Shown: positions 23,220 to 24,000 of the stretch, piece by piece | Numbering within the stretch: the stretch's first letter is position 1 | Layout of the letters: the number at the start of each line of letters is the position of its first letter | From: Vicinamibacteraceae bacterium | GTDB lineage: Bacteria; Acidobacteriota; Vicinamibacteria; Vicinamibacterales; Vicinamibacteraceae | Reading direction: 5' to 3' | DNA length: 24,000 nucleotides | Assembly (NCBI GenBank): GCA_963759795.1 | Contig: CAVXAR010000006.1 | Coordinates: 34,235 to 58,234 of the forward strand | Notes under the pieces: model-generated | Database searches by the model: none | What the model saw: only the letters and a program-made list of their open reading frames with translations | What the model was told of the DNA's origin: nothing | Program-made: the position numbers and the translations under genes

Positions 23220-24000
23220 TCGATGGCCGCCGCTTCTGTGGTCTGATCGCGATCCTCGCGGCCCTCTCGGCAGTGCCGACGTCGGCGTACCTGAAGTTCG
23301 GCTACCAGATCGGCGGACAGTCGATCGTTCTCAAGTGGCCGGAAGGCCGGGCTGTGTCGTACGTCGTGGGGTCGCGCGGCGGCGGCGGCGTCTCGGCGAG
23401 CGAGTTCGCGGCCGCCATCGGCCGCGGCTTCGCCACCTGGGAGGCCGTGCCCACGTCGACGATCCGCTTCACGCAGGCCGGCATCACCAGCCGGGAGTCT
23501 TCCGTCAACGACGACGTCAACCTGCTGAGCTTTGCCACGCGTCCGGAACTCGATCGCACCCTGGGCGCGACCAGCTACACCGTGGACATCATCAGCGGCT
23601 CGCTGCTCGAGGCCGACGTGTTCTTCAACGCGGCATTCCCCTGGTCGGTGGACCCCTCTGGACAGCCCGGCCGGTTCGACCTGGAGTCGATTGCCGCGCA
23701 CGAGATCGGGCACCTGATTGGGCTCGGGCACTCCGCGCTCGGCGAGACCGAGATGGTGGGCACGGGTCGACGCGTGCTGGCGGCCGGTGCGGTGATGTTT
23801 CCCATCGCGTTCTCCCCCGGCAACGTCGGCGGCCGTCGTCTCCAACCCGATGACATCGCTGGCGTGTCCGATATCTACCCCGAGGGCGCGTTCCGGACCG
23901 CCACCGGCAGCATCTCCGGGCGTGTGGTCAAGGGCGGCATCGGAGTCTTCGGGGCGCATGTCGTCGCCATGCACCTGCGCAGCGGTGCTCTCATCGGTGG
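23216..24000 (+). CDS. Secreted matrixin-like (M10 family) zinc metalloprotease, 3' end beyond the window
   Basis: Absent from the ORF track because there is no stop in the window. Hand translation from GTG 23216 (GTGA overlap with the upstream stop): VIDGRRFCGLIAILAALSAVPTSA (signal) ...FATWEAVPTSTIRF...LGATSYTV...EADVFFN...ESIAAHEIGHLIGLGHS (HExxHxxGxxH, 23699-23731) ...AVMFP (Met-turn) ...LQPDDIAGVSDIYP, then GSISGRVVKGGIGVFGAHVV (start of a beta-sandwich domain). Confidence 0.85.
   Translation, partial: MIDGRRFCGLIAILAALSAVPTSAYLKFGYQIGGQSIVLKWPEGRAVSYVVGSRGGGGVSASEFAAAIGRGFATWEAVPTSTIRFTQAGITSRESSVNDDVNLLSFATRPELDRTLGATSYTVDIISGSLLEADVFFNAAFPWSVDPSGQPGRFDLESIAAHEIGHLIGLGHSALGETEMVGTGRRVLAAGAVMFPIAFSPGNVGGRRLQPDDIAGVSDIYPEGAFRTATGSISGRVVKGGIGVFGAHVVAMHLRSGALIG

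Noticed and set aside
23057-23974. ORFs 23057..23974 (-, 305 aa) and 23182..23853 (+, 223 aa) offered by the track for the right end of the window
   Set aside because: A third frame (from GTG 23216, with no stop in the window and so not listed) encodes a signal peptide plus HEIGHLIGLGHS, a Met-turn and a DDIAGVSDIYP metzincin signature. The listed ORFs are shadows.

Overview
Very GC-rich, densely packed chromosomal segment from a diderm bacterium (lpxD, lpxB, M16 peptidase pair, EnvC-like factor). Lineage cannot be set without a database search; all calls come from reading the ORF-track proteins and my own hand translations. Content is almost entirely housekeeping. Order: thrS (-, runs off the left edge) | tRNA-Val(GAC) (-) | S41 Ctp-like (-) | EnvC-like degenerate LytM factor (-) | ruvX-mltG (+) | convergent gap holding a heptamer repeat tract and a hairpin | seven-gene minus-strand string hsp20-ymdB-xseA-xseB-ispA-tlyA-nadK joined by ATGA/GTGA overlaps | divergent second hsp20 (+) | small hydrophobic ORF (+) | gatC-gatA (-) | secreted S1/P1 nuclease (+) | two hypothetical genes | 3 x 32-bp tandem repeat | lpxD | two M16 peptidases | lpxB | small secreted protein | matrixin-like M10 metalloprotease (+, runs off the right edge). 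thrS and the M10 gene are missing from the ORF track because they have no stop inside the window. I found no transposase, integrase, CRISPR array, toxin-antitoxin pair or recognisable defence or secondary-metabolite genes, so I cannot support a new multi-gene system here. Points worth a second look: (1) about seven single-nucleotide insertions confined to roughly 3.0-7.3 kb. They break or locally scramble five consecutive, mostly essential genes (ctp, ruvX, mltG, nadK, tlyA), while about 17 kb of flanking genes read cleanly. A local assembly or consensus fault is the most likely cause. (2) The S41 homolog has both catalytic dyad positions substituted (Ser->Gln, Lys->Arg) and sits beside an EnvC-like protein lacking all LytM metal ligands. 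(3) Two unusual intergenic tandem repeats. (4) -10-like hexamers 6-8 nt upstream of several operon-leading start codons, suggesting leaderless mRNAs. (5) A divergent sHSP pair whose control region has alternative hairpins involving the SD. (6) A small secreted protein translationally coupled to the M10 protease downstream of lpxB.
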